From an uncultured delta proteobacterium (GTDB taxonomy: Bacteria > Desulfobacterota > Desulfomonilia > UBA1062), in assembly GCA_963798485.1 (NCBI GenBank), contig CAWCTR010000019.1:1-32634 (forward strand): 32,634 nucleotides of DNA, in the 5' to 3' direction. Position numbers and translations under genes: made by a program. Shown here in pieces: positions 1 to 8,393 of the stretch (positions are counted from its first letter, which is position 1; each line of letters begins with the position of its first letter). The notes under the pieces were generated by a model, which was not told where the DNA came from, did not search any database, and saw only the letters and a list, made by a program, of their open reading frames with translations.

Positions 1-30
1 GACCAACAGTGCAATAAGCAGAATCTTGTC
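1..30 (-). mobile_element. Probable integron attI recombination site (G/TT crossover at 7/6, minus strand)
   Basis: The minus strand reads TGCTTATTGCACT-GTTGGTC, a near GTTRRRY core about 170 bp upstream of and divergent from intI, which is the usual attI position. The cassette array would lie outside the window. Confidence 0.45.
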
Positions 31-173
31 CGTCATATTACCACCTATAGATGGACGGTATTTCCGCTTATTTTTGTATTAATCTCCAAAGATGGAAACA
101 ACACCAGATTTATGTACGCTTATTACATTTTCTCTGGTCAGTTTCCACATATTGCGATATTGTGCATTAGGTC

Positions 174-1181
174 ATGGAAAGTCAAACGAAAAACAAACCG
201 AAATTTCGTCCGAATCCCAGCCTCAAGCTCATGGATCAGGTGCGCGAAGTGCTTCGCTATCATCATTATGCTTACCGCACCGAGCAGACCTATTGTCAGT
301 GGATGCTCCGCTATATCCATCATTTCGGCGGCAAGACCCATCCGAACATGCTCGGGGCGAAGGATGTCGAACGATTTCTTTCCCATCTCGCAACCGAAGG
401 CAAAGTGTCCGCCTCCACCCAGCGGCAGGCCCTGAACGCCCTGGTTTTTCTCTATCGGGATGTCCTTGACAAACCTTTGGCCGGAGAGATCGCACCGGCG
501 CGCAGCAAACGGCAGCAAAGGCCGCCCACCGTCCTCACTCAGGCAGAGATTAAGCGTTTGTTGGCCGCCATGACGGGTAAGCACGCCCTTATGGCAAAGC
601 TGCTCTATGGCGGCGGCCTGCGTCTGCTTGAATGCATCCGGCTGCGTGTTCAGGATGTGGATTTCGGCCAAGGCCTCATCTTTATCCGGGGCGGTAAGGG
701 CGGGAAGGACAGGACTACCATCCTGCCTAAAAATCTTAAGGACGAGTTGCAGAGGCAGGTGCAGGCGGTGAAAGCTCTTCATCATAAGGATTTTGAAGAA
801 GGATTTGGGGAGGTATATATCCCTGAGGCCCTGGCCAGGAAATATCCACATGCCGGACGGGAAACCGGCTGGCAGTGGGTGTTCCCGGCAAAGGAGCGTT
901 CTATTGACCCGCGTTCGGGCCGGGAGATGCGCCATCATGTGCTCGAATCCGGGTTGCAGAAGGCGGTGAAGCGGGCTGCGGAAGAGGCCGGGATCGATAA
1001 AAAGGTCGGCTGCCACACTCTGAGGCACAGCTTCGCAACCCATATGCTGGAAAACGGGGTGAACATCCGGGTGCTTCAGGAACTCCTCGGTCATGCCGAT
1101 GTCAAGACCACCGAGATCTATACCCATGTCATGGCCCGGGACATCCGGCAACTGCAAAGCCCGCTCGACCGCATGGGTTGA
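174..1181 (+). CDS. intI: Integron integrase (tyrosine recombinase, IntI family)
   Basis: N-terminal HYAYRTEQTY...W and SASTQRQALNAL; catalytic motifs GLR, GKGGKDR, HTLRHSFATH and LLGH...TTEIYTHV; integron-specific insertion GEVYIPEALARKYP...WQWVFPA. Confidence 0.96.
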   Translation: MESQTKNKPKFRPNPSLKLMDQVREVLRYHHYAYRTEQTYCQWMLRYIHHFGGKTHPNMLGAKDVERFLSHLATEGKVSASTQRQALNALVFLYRDVLDKPLAGEIAPARSKRQQRPPTVLTQAEIKRLLAAMTGKHALMAKLLYGGGLRLLECIRLRVQDVDFGQGLIFIRGGKGGKDRTTILPKNLKDELQRQVQAVKALHHKDFEEGFGEVYIPEALARKYPHAGRETGWQWVFPAKERSIDPRSGREMRHHVLESGLQKAVKRAAEEAGIDKKVGCHTLRHSFATHMLENGVNIRVLQELLGHADVKTTEIYTHVMARDIRQLQSPLDRMG

Positions 1182-1381
1182 TATCGCGCAGACTCCGTCC
1201 CATAAGGGTGGATGCGTGTGGATGATCCGGGCCCTCCTCTCAATACACTCATATCTGCTGTCATTCCATTTCATGGTGCGTTCTTATACTGCATTTATAG
1301 CAGGAAGAGAGGAAAGTTGTCAAAGGTTTGGATGTTTTGGGCAGGATCGGGTGATGAGTGGAATAATGAGATCCAGCACAA

Positions 1382-1464
1382 GGGCAGGCACAAGACCTGC
1401 CCCTACAACAGGGCGGGGATAAGCTCTGCCCCTACGATCATGGCGGGTTACGCTGCGCTCCGCC
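1382..1464 (-). repeat. Tandem GTAG-family REP-like hairpins (1382-1406, 1411-1435; degenerate third copy 1442-1464)
   Basis: The minus strand reads GTAG-GGGCAGG-TCTTGTG-CCTGCCC (perfect 7-bp stem) and GTAG-GGGCAGA-GCTTATC-CCCGCCC, with a 29-bp period. Confidence 0.75.
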
Positions 1465-1536
1465 CACCCGCAGTGCTGGAAGGCTCAATGCATTGGCGGC
1501 TAAAAACAAAATTGCAAAATGATCAAGGCCGCATTG

Positions 1537-1565
1537 TTGATGCCTGCGTTATTCTATGGTAGGAT
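1537..1565 (+). promoter_or_regulatory. Putative sigma70 promoter of the small Cys-rich ORF
   Basis: TTGATG-17 bp-TAGGAT with a TG extension, followed by an AGGAG RBS and the ATG at 1583. Confidence 0.4.
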
Positions 1566-1582
1566 TGACATAGGAGACATTT

Positions 1583-1807
1583 ATGAAATGTACATACATG
1601 GATGAGCAGTGTTACGAGTTTCACGAGAAAGACATCGCTGAAAAGTGTTTCCTGTGCAGCCAGAATTGTCAAAAGCTTTTCATTGTCCGGCAGGTCTCCA
1701 GTATGAAGATGGTGCATATGTGCGGGGAATGCATGGTGGGTAACCTGGAAGAATACCTGCTGGATAATACCAGACCATGGGAAGGCATAAAGGGAAAGAG
1801 CGAATAG
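1583..1807 (+). CDS. Small Cys-rich hypothetical protein, putative metal-binding (74 aa)
   Basis: AGGAG RBS; 7 Cys including CFLC and CGEC; fills the space up to a convergent gene. Confidence 0.75.
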   Translation: MKCTYMDEQCYEFHEKDIAEKCFLCSQNCQKLFIVRQVSSMKMVHMCGECMVGNLEEYLLDNTRPWEGIKGKSE

Positions 1808-1811
1808 GCGT

Positions 1812-2924
1812 TTAAAGCTCGTAAAGCCTGGGAAATTTCAGGAGAAAAGACGTTCCGACACCTTCTTGCGATGTCACGTCGATATTCCCGTTGTGGGCGT
1901 CCATAATCTTTTTGACGAAGGTCAGCCCCAGGCCTGAACCCTTCTGGCGCTCTTCCTTGCCTTTCACCCTGAAGAACGGTTCAAAGATGAAGGGCAGCTT
2001 GTCGGCGGGAATGCCTGAGCCGGTATCTGCGATATTCACATAAACATAGTAATCATCATGAGTCATGGTTACGGTAATCTTCCCGCCGGGCGGGGTATAT
2101 TTTGTTGCATTGCCTATCACGTTGGTGAATACCCTCATCAGGCTCTCCTGGTCGCCCATGGTCTTGGCCGAGGGCTCATTTATGATTGCCTCAAGGGTAA
2201 TCTCTCTCCTCTGGCACAAGGGGGTGAGCTCTTCAATAGCCTTCTCCAGGATTTCAGTGAGCACAATCGGCGTCTTGGCCTCGGAAAAAGAGCCGTCCTC
2301 GATCCTGGCAAGATCGAGCCAGTGCTCCACAAGGTCGTGGAGCCCCTGAAGCCTTTTCTCACAGCGGTCGATAATATCCTTTGCATTCTGTTCGAGGCTG
2401 TTCTCGTAAATCACCTTCAGTGTCTCAAAATACTGCATGATGGTGACCAGCGGGGAACGCATCTCGTGGCTGACAAAGGTTATGAAGCTTCTCTCCATGC
2501 GTTCTTTTTCTTCCCTGAGCCGGTCAGCCTCGATCTTGAGGAACCTGTGTTCGAGCGCCCTCTTGGTAACCGCCCTGATCTGGTCAGGGGTAAAGGGCTT
2601 AGGCAAATAATCATAGGCGCCCTTTTTCATGGCCTCCACCGCGGAGACGATGGAGGCATACCCGGTAATCACGATCAACACGATATCGGGCATTTCTTTG
2701 GAGAGCAGCTCGATGATGTCCATGCCGGAACAGCTCGGCATCTTGAGATCAACAAAGGCCAGGTTGGGCTTTTCAGCCCTCGAGAGCCTTATGCCGTCAG
2801 GCCCGTTCGATGTGGTTATTACCGTATAGCCCGATTTTTCCAGGGCCTGTCTGCAACCATCGAGGATAGACTCCTCGTCGTCGATGATGAGAATCCTGGC
2901 TGAAAAATCAGCCTTGTCATCCAT
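1812..2924 (-). CDS. Hybrid receiver-histidine kinase (REC-HisKA-HATPase), soluble
   Basis: ILIIDDE...VDLKMP...KPF receiver; SHEMRSPL H-box; NVIGNATKY, DTGSGI and GSGLGL ATPase boxes. Confidence 0.93.
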   Translation of the reverse strand: MDDKADFSARILIIDDEESILDGCRQALEKSGYTVITTSNGPDGIRLSRAEKPNLAFVDLKMPSCSGMDIIELLSKEMPDIVLIVITGYASIVSAVEAMKKGAYDYLPKPFTPDQIRAVTKRALEHRFLKIEADRLREEKERMERSFITFVSHEMRSPLVTIMQYFETLKVIYENSLEQNAKDIIDRCEKRLQGLHDLVEHWLDLARIEDGSFSEAKTPIVLTEILEKAIEELTPLCQRREITLEAIINEPSAKTMGDQESLMRVFTNVIGNATKYTPPGGKITVTMTHDDYYVYVNIADTGSGIPADKLPFIFEPFFRVKGKEERQKGSGLGLTFVKKIMDAHNGNIDVTSQEGVGTSFLLKFPRLYEL

Positions 2925-2931
2925 TGAAGTA

Positions 2932-3318
2932 TTACCTCAGGAGCTGACCCACGAATTTTAACAGTTCATCAGCCTTGATAGGTTTGTGCAGTACAAGGTC
3001 CACAGTGGGGAGCTCGTCAGGCGGTTCAAAGGATTGGTAAGGACCCTGCAGATCAACGGCGCTGAGCATGATAAGGGGTATCTTCTTGCCCGTATCCGAG
3101 GTCCTCAGCCTTGATACCACATTGAAACCCTCACTCCAGGTCTCCATCATCATATCGATGATGGCAATGTCAGGGTAAAGTGATTTCGCCATGTCCACTC
3201 CTGCCTTTCCATCCTCGGCCAGAAAGACCTCATAGCCGCCGTTTTCGAGGATAAGTTTGGTTGCGAGCAGGAAGTCTTTGTCATCGTCAATCAAAAGCAC
3301 CTTTTTCTTTGCATCCAT
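2932..3318 (-). CDS. Single-domain response regulator
   Basis: VLLIDDD, IIDMMME, LSAV and KP motifs; AAGGAGG RBS. Confidence 0.92.
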   Translation of the reverse strand: MDAKKKVLLIDDDKDFLLATKLILENGGYEVFLAEDGKAGVDMAKSLYPDIAIIDMMMETWSEGFNVVSRLRTSDTGKKIPLIMLSAVDLQGPYQSFEPPDELPTVDLVLHKPIKADELLKFVGQLLR

Positions 3319-3355
3319 AGCCTACACCTCCTTAAAGGATCTCTGGCATGAGAAA

Positions 3356-3371
3356 AGCAAGTAAAGTGCCA
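3356..3371 (-). promoter_or_regulatory. Sigma54 -24/-12 promoter for the receiver + hybrid kinase genes
   Basis: The minus strand reads TGGCAC-TTTAC-TTGCT, a consensus match about 40 bp upstream of the ATG at 3318. Confidence 0.85.
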
Positions 3372-3432
3372 TGTTTCATCCCATTGAAATTACTTTACTT
3401 AATTCTTTGAATGAAAATCAGGGGAGTTATCT

Positions 3433-3470
3433 TGGGTAAAATCTCCCCAAGGGTGAGGAAGATGTCCCCT
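3433..3470. promoter_or_regulatory. Tandem palindromic W-GGGG-N7-CCCC-W boxes, putative enhancer (UAS)
   Basis: TGGGTAAAATCTCCCCA (3433-3449) and TGAGGAAGATGTCCCCT (3454-3470) start 21 bp apart, 62 bp upstream of the -24 element. The same layout occurs at 11405-11442. Confidence 0.7.
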
Positions 3471-3475
3471 AGAAC

Positions 3476-4837
3476 CTAATCACCGGTTTCATCCTTGATA
3501 TCGGTGATAATACCATAGGTCCTTATCTTGGTGCGCAACGTCTTGCGATCGATACCGAGAAACTTTGCAGTGTTGTTCATGTGATAATTATAATGCTTCA
3601 ACGCCTTTTCAATGTGTTCCTTTTCCACATCCACGAGGCGCATCTTGCCGGAGAACGGATCGATAACCGGGGCCTTGGCGTGTGTGTCCTGCCCATAATA
3701 GAGGATATCCGAGAGGCTCACCTCTTCATGATCGCACAGCACACACAGGCGCTCGATCGTATTCTTAAGCTCCCGGATATTCCCCGGCCATGCATAGGAG
3801 TTCAATGACTTTACCGCATCAATCGAGAAGAAACCGGCCGCGGATTTGTGCCTTTCCCGGAAGACATCAAGGTAATGCTTGGCAAGCTCGATGATGTCCG
3901 ATCGGTGATCCCTTAAGGGCTTGATGTGTATGGGTACCACCGAGATGCGATAGAAGAGGTCTTCACGGAATCGTCCTGTATCAACCTCGCATCTTAAGTC
4001 TTTGTTCGTGGCGGTAATCAGCCTCACGTCCACCTTTTCGGGTATGGAACTGCCCACCCTGGGGATCTCCTGTTCCTGAATAACCCTCAGCAGCTTGGCC
4101 TGGGTTTCGAGGCTGATGTTCGAGATCTCATCAAGAAAAAGCGTACCCGTGTCGGCTATCTGGAAACGGCCGTCGCGGGAGTCTGTTGCGCCGCTGAATG
4201 CCCCGCGTATATGGCCGAAGAGCTCACTTTCCATGAGGTTCTGCACCAGGGATGAACAGTCAACCGGGATGAACGGTTTGTCAAAACGCCTGCTCATGTT
4301 GTGGATGGTTCGTGAAACCAGTTCTTTGCCTGTTCCGCTCTCGCCGGTTATAAGCACGGTACTGTCGGTCTGGGCGACCCGTCTGATTGTGTCTTTCAAT
4401 TCCTTCATGTAATCGCTGCTGCCGATCAGCATGGACAAGGTATCTTCTTTCTCATTACTCACCGCGGCATCAAGACTCTCATGAATTGCATTTCTGAGAT
4501 CTTCAGCGCCGAAGGGCTTGGTGAGGAAATTCATAGCGCCTAAACGCATGGCCTCAACAGCCAGCGGGATGGTACCGTAGCCCGTAATGATGATTACCTT
4601 GGAGGTTATATGATGATCCTTTTTGAGGATCTTCAAAACATCGAGCCCCTCTATCTTGGGGAGGCGCACATCCAGAAGGATGACATCAAAGTGGTTATGC
4701 AGGGCCAATTGGATACCGTGTTCAGCATCGCCCGTACTCTCCACTTCATGTCCTATCCTGGCCAGGATCTGCTGGCATCCGTCCCGTATGGATTCTTCAT
4801 CGTCGATGATCAGGGTGCGCCTGGTCTTTTTAGCCAA
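3476..4837 (-). CDS. NtrC-family sigma54-dependent response regulator (REC-AAA+-Fis HTH)
   Basis: GESGTGKE, ESELFGH, GAFSGA, LFLDEI, WPGNIREL and LGIDRKTL motifs. Start placed at TTG 4837 (AGGAGG RBS, overlapping the kinase stop) rather than the track's 4873. Confidence 0.94.
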   Translation of the reverse strand: MAKKTRRTLIIDDEESIRDGCQQILARIGHEVESTGDAEHGIQLALHNHFDVILLDVRLPKIEGLDVLKILKKDHHITSKVIIITGYGTIPLAVEAMRLGAMNFLTKPFGAEDLRNAIHESLDAAVSNEKEDTLSMLIGSSDYMKELKDTIRRVAQTDSTVLITGESGTGKELVSRTIHNMSRRFDKPFIPVDCSSLVQNLMESELFGHIRGAFSGATDSRDGRFQIADTGTLFLDEISNISLETQAKLLRVIQEQEIPRVGSSIPEKVDVRLITATNKDLRCEVDTGRFREDLFYRISVVPIHIKPLRDHRSDIIELAKHYLDVFRERHKSAAGFFSIDAVKSLNSYAWPGNIRELKNTIERLCVLCDHEEVSLSDILYYGQDTHAKAPVIDPFSGKMRLVDVEKEHIEKALKHYNYHMNNTAKFLGIDRKTLRTKIRTYGIITDIKDETGD

Positions 4838-6797
4838 TGCTGCATTCCTCCTGTCCGCTCTCGGTTTTATCATTGGTATTCAACGGCGGAAGCGTAATGG
4901 CAAATGTCGTCCCTTTGCCGGGTTCACTCTCCACATCGAGTATACCGCCATGCTTCTGGATGATGCCATAGGTTATCGACAGTCCGAGCCCTGTACCCTG
5001 GCCGGGCTCCTTGGTGGTGAAGAAGGGTTCGAAGATGTGGGGCAGGTAGGCCTTATCAATGCCCTTTCCCGTATCGGTTATGTAGATCTTCACCATGCCC
5101 GTACTGGAAATCCTGCTCGAAACCTTGATGGTGCCCTTTCCCTCCATGGCGTCTATTGCATTGATGAACAGGTTCAAGAAGACCTCTTCCAGTCTGGACA
5201 GGTCGCCCATCACGTAAGGGAGGTTTGGTGCAAGCTCGGTCTTCACCTCAATGCCATGGAATATGGACTGGTCCTTCACCAGATTGAGCGAGGTAAGGAT
5301 AACCTCGTTTATGGAAAGGGACTCCATATCTCCGGAAGGTGTGCGGGCAAAATCGAGCAGGTTCTGGACTATCTTCTTGCATCGCTCGGTCTGATAGATG
5401 ATCTTTTCCATGTTATTTCTGGATGAATTGCCTTGGGTCATCTCCTCGAGCACCAGGTTGCTGTAGAGGAGGATGCCGCCTAACGGGTTGTTGATCTCAT
5501 GGGCCACACCGGCCGCCATCTGGCCTAATGAGGCAAGCCGTTCGGTGCTGGTGATGCGCTGGAAGGCCTTCTGGAGCCGGTCATCCCTGTCTTTGAGCGA
5601 GCGCGCCATGTTGTTGAAGGCCTCATCGAGCACATCGAAGCCCGATGACCGGCCCGGAGGGAGCTGGTAATCGAGGTTGCCTGAAGAGATGGCATCCGTT
5701 GCCTGCTTTAGGATCCTGATCCTGCGGATAATGCCCTGTCCGAGCCGGAAAGAGATAAAGAAGGCCATTACCATGCCAAGCGAGGTGATACCCAGGAAGA
5801 GGAGCACGGTCTTCATCCGCATATCACGGTATTTCGCCTCCAAAATACCGGTGTAGAGCATGCCGATGATATTGTTGTCGATATCCCAGATGGGGGTATA
5901 GGAGCTTATGTACCAGTCATTTACCACAAAGGCCCTGCCTATCCAGTCCTTACCCCGGCCTATGACCTGGTCATAGACTTCTTTGGACACGATGGTTCCG
6001 ACTGCCCTCTGGTTCTTTTTATTCATCACATTGGTGGAGATCCTTACACCACCAAGAAAGATCGTGGCAAACCCCATGTCCCGGCCTTTGTACCGCTCGT
6101 CACGGTACACGGTCTCCTTGATGGTATCTACAATGCTGTAATCGTAGTTCAACAATACCCCGCCGACAAGTGCGCCGAGCAGGTTATGGTTCTTGTCCAC
6201 AATGGGGTAGGCTGCCCTGAGAACCATTCCCCGGGAAAGGACCTTTTCTTTGATCTCCACTGACTTTTCCGTCTTTACGATGGGTATCTTTATCCGTTCG
6301 GCCAGGTTGGGGTTCTGGGCCACAATAACTTCATAAGGCATGATTATGGCGGAAGACGTGGGTTTTTTCTCTTTGAGACAAGCCCTCACCACCGAGTCCC
6401 AGAGTATTACATCTCCCTTTGTGTTCGGATTTGCCGCGCGGTAGATAACCTTGCCATTGGTGTCGACCAGGGTGAGCATGTCAAGGGCCATATGCTCGGG
6501 GGACTGGTAGGTGCCGCTCCTGATGAGTACTCGTAAATCTTCCAGAGGCTCGAGGTTGCCGGACAAGATAGCCTCGTGGATGGGGGAACGAAGCGCGATG
6601 AACTGGAGCTGGTATTCGAGCCTCTCCAGGTTGTGGCGGTAGACAAGCTGGGCGGTGTTGATGTCCTGCTGTACCTTGCGCTGCACCTCGTCAAGGGCTG
6701 TCTTGTTTATCAGCTGTATCCCCACCACCGAAGCAACAACCCCTGTGAGGCATGTGGCGATCAGAAAACCTATGACGAGGCGGCTTTGTAGTTTCAT
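4830..6797 (-). CDS. Membrane sensor histidine kinase (Cache-type sensor, HAMP, HisKA, HATPase)
   Basis: Two hydrophobic TM segments; ATIFLGGVRISTNV...RAVGT...GRAFVVNDWYISSY resembles Cache_3; AHEINNPL, NAIDA, DTGKGI and GTGLGL motifs. Confidence 0.93.
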   Translation of the reverse strand: MKLQSRLVIGFLIATCLTGVVASVVGIQLINKTALDEVQRKVQQDINTAQLVYRHNLERLEYQLQFIALRSPIHEAILSGNLEPLEDLRVLIRSGTYQSPEHMALDMLTLVDTNGKVIYRAANPNTKGDVILWDSVVRACLKEKKPTSSAIIMPYEVIVAQNPNLAERIKIPIVKTEKSVEIKEKVLSRGMVLRAAYPIVDKNHNLLGALVGGVLLNYDYSIVDTIKETVYRDERYKGRDMGFATIFLGGVRISTNVMNKKNQRAVGTIVSKEVYDQVIGRGKDWIGRAFVVNDWYISSYTPIWDIDNNIIGMLYTGILEAKYRDMRMKTVLLFLGITSLGMVMAFFISFRLGQGIIRRIRILKQATDAISSGNLDYQLPPGRSSGFDVLDEAFNNMARSLKDRDDRLQKAFQRITSTERLASLGQMAAGVAHEINNPLGGILLYSNLVLEEMTQGNSSRNNMEKIIYQTERCKKIVQNLLDFARTPSGDMESLSINEVILTSLNLVKDQSIFHGIEVKTELAPNLPYVMGDLSRLEEVFLNLFINAIDAMEGKGTIKVSSRISSTGMVKIYITDTGKGIDKAYLPHIFEPFFTTKEPGQGTGLGLSITYGIIQKHGGILDVESEPGKGTTFAITLPPLNTNDKTESGQEECSIG

Positions 6798-6833
6798 CTA
6801 AGGTCGTTAAGAGAACTCATCCTCCTCTGTCAA

Positions 6834-6888
6834 AATGAATGCTACTAATGAATGCTACTATAATAGCACTTCGATCGAATCCGATCAA
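6834..6888 (-). promoter_or_regulatory. Putative sigma70 promoter of the kinase/NtrC operon with adjacent 13-bp tandem repeat
   Basis: The minus strand reads TTGATC(6888-6883)-17 bp-TATTAT(6865-6860) with TGn. AATGAATGCTACT occurs twice at 6834-6859. Confidence 0.5.
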
Positions 6889-6942
6889 CGGATCAAGAGG
6901 AATTCTTCTCCTTAAGAACCAAAAGGGAAGGGGAGTGCCTGA

Positions 6943-7353
6943 TCAGAAGGCCTTTCCCTCGCTCAGGAGCTTGTTTACGCGGGAAAGGAGAACGGATACC
7001 GTAACCGGTTTTGAAATGTAATCATTCGCCCTCAGGTATTCGCCATCCGTAACAGGAGAGAATTTGAAGCCTGTCTTCTCGGTAACGGCCGTGACCATAA
7101 TGATGGGGATCATGGAGCAGGCCTGATCATTCTTGAGATCGGCGCACAGGTCGAACCCGTCGGTATGCTTTTCCATCATCACATCAAGGATAATGAGGTC
7201 CGGCGGGTCCTTCTCAACCGAAGCCCTCCCATCGGCGATATTCAATGCGTGTATCACGGCGTATCCATTGTTTTCCAGTACGATCTTCAAGGCGTCCCCG
7301 TAATCTTTGTCGTCATCTATAATGAGTATTTTCTTGTTCTTCACCTCGGGCAT
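6943..7353 (-). CDS. Single-domain response regulator
   Basis: ILIIDDD, ILDVMME, VTAV and KP motifs; start ATG 7353 after AAGGAGG. Confidence 0.92.
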   Translation of the reverse strand: MPEVKNKKILIIDDDKDYGDALKIVLENNGYAVIHALNIADGRASVEKDPPDLIILDVMMEKHTDGFDLCADLKNDQACSMIPIIMVTAVTEKTGFKFSPVTDGEYLRANDYISKPVTVSVLLSRVNKLLSEGKAF

Positions 7354-7370
7354 GGAATACCTCCTTGCAA

Positions 7371-8393
7371 TCAATAGATGTGCTCCACAATGGCCTTTGT
7401 TACCTCAAGGGTGCCGATGTGGACAGGGCAGTAATCGGAACAGCGGCCACAGCCCACACACCCGCACAATGCCTCCTGAATGTCGGTTTTGTTATAATAA
7501 AGGAGCTTATGCTCGTGTCTCCTCTTGAGCCGTAGCGCCTGAGTTGACCGGGGGTTGTGCCCGGACGCCTCGCGGGTAAATCCGCCATAAAGACAGGTAT
7601 CCCAGGTGCGTATCCTCTCCCCGGTTTCTGCATTGACCGTACGGTCCATGACATTGAAGCAGGTGCATGAGGGGCACACGTATACACATCCACCGCAGGC
7701 AATGCATTTACTACCCAGGTGGTTCCACACACCATCGTTTGCCGATGAGTTTTTAAGAATATCAATAGCCTCTGTTACTTCCGAAACTATGGGGATGGAA
7801 TTGTGCGCCATGTGCTTGATCCTGCTGAAACGCTCCTGGGAAACCATGGCATCGAAATCGACAAAGGGCCTTGATGAGGTAAGCTCTCTCCCGATATCAG
7901 AGCCTGTCTCTACCAGGAAATCGTTCCCCATATCAAAGAGCTGGATATCGAATCCCTGCTCCGCATAAGGTCCGCTTTTAGTGGTTGTGCAGAAGCATGT
8001 TTCATTCTGTGGCCAGCTGCATGCATGCACAACGAGAATATTGTTTTCTGTATGGGCACGGAAATATTTGTCGTCCAGGTCCCTGCCATAGAAGCTTTTA
8101 GACTGACGTATCCCCATCAGGTCGCATGCCCTGATACCGAAGATGAGCATTCGCCCCTCATTGAGAACAGGGGTAAATTTTCCGTTCTCAATGGTGAAGA
8201 TGGTCTCGCTTTGGGGCAGGAACGAAGATTTCACGGGCATAGGGGGTTTGCGGTATTCCAGGGTGAAGGTCTTTGGGGCAAAGGTGTCGAAGACACAGTC
8301 GCCCTGTTCTTTGAGGGTGGGGCTGAAGATGGAATATGAGCTTGACCACGAGCACAGCACATCGACGATATCTTTTTTAGCGATCAGTTTCAT
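7371..8393 (-). CDS. AsrA / sulfhydrogenase-beta (HydB) / Flx-like 4Fe-4S dicluster protein
   Basis: GIRACD, CFC, CIACGGCVYVCPSCTCF, WDTC and CVGCGRCSDYCP motifs. ATG 8393 overlaps the FDH stop (ATGA). Confidence 0.9.
   Translation of the reverse strand: MKLIAKKDIVDVLCSWSSSYSIFSPTLKEQGDCVFDTFAPKTFTLEYRKPPMPVKSSFLPQSETIFTIENGKFTPVLNEGRMLIFGIRACDLMGIRQSKSFYGRDLDDKYFRAHTENNILVVHACSWPQNETCFCTTTKSGPYAEQGFDIQLFDMGNDFLVETGSDIGRELTSSRPFVDFDAMVSQERFSRIKHMAHNSIPIVSEVTEAIDILKNSSANDGVWNHLGSKCIACGGCVYVCPSCTCFNVMDRTVNAETGERIRTWDTCLYGGFTREASGHNPRSTQALRLKRRHEHKLLYYNKTDIQEALCGCVGCGRCSDYCPVHIGTLEVTKAIVEHIY

Noticed and set aside
138-1274. 378-aa ORF antisense to intI
   Set aside because: It fully overlaps a clear integrase and has no recognisable motifs. 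Long antisense frames are common opposite intI genes.
1382-1435. CRISPR interpretation of the hairpin repeats (also 11541-11644)
   Set aside because: There are only two units with 4-bp gaps or inverted orientation, no spacer series and no cas genes. GTAG ends indicate REPs.
3344-3359. Plus-strand sigma54-like motif TGGCAT-GAGAA-AAGCA
   Set aside because: It has a poor -12 element, points into the 3' end of a minus-strand gene and overlaps a much better minus-strand promoter.
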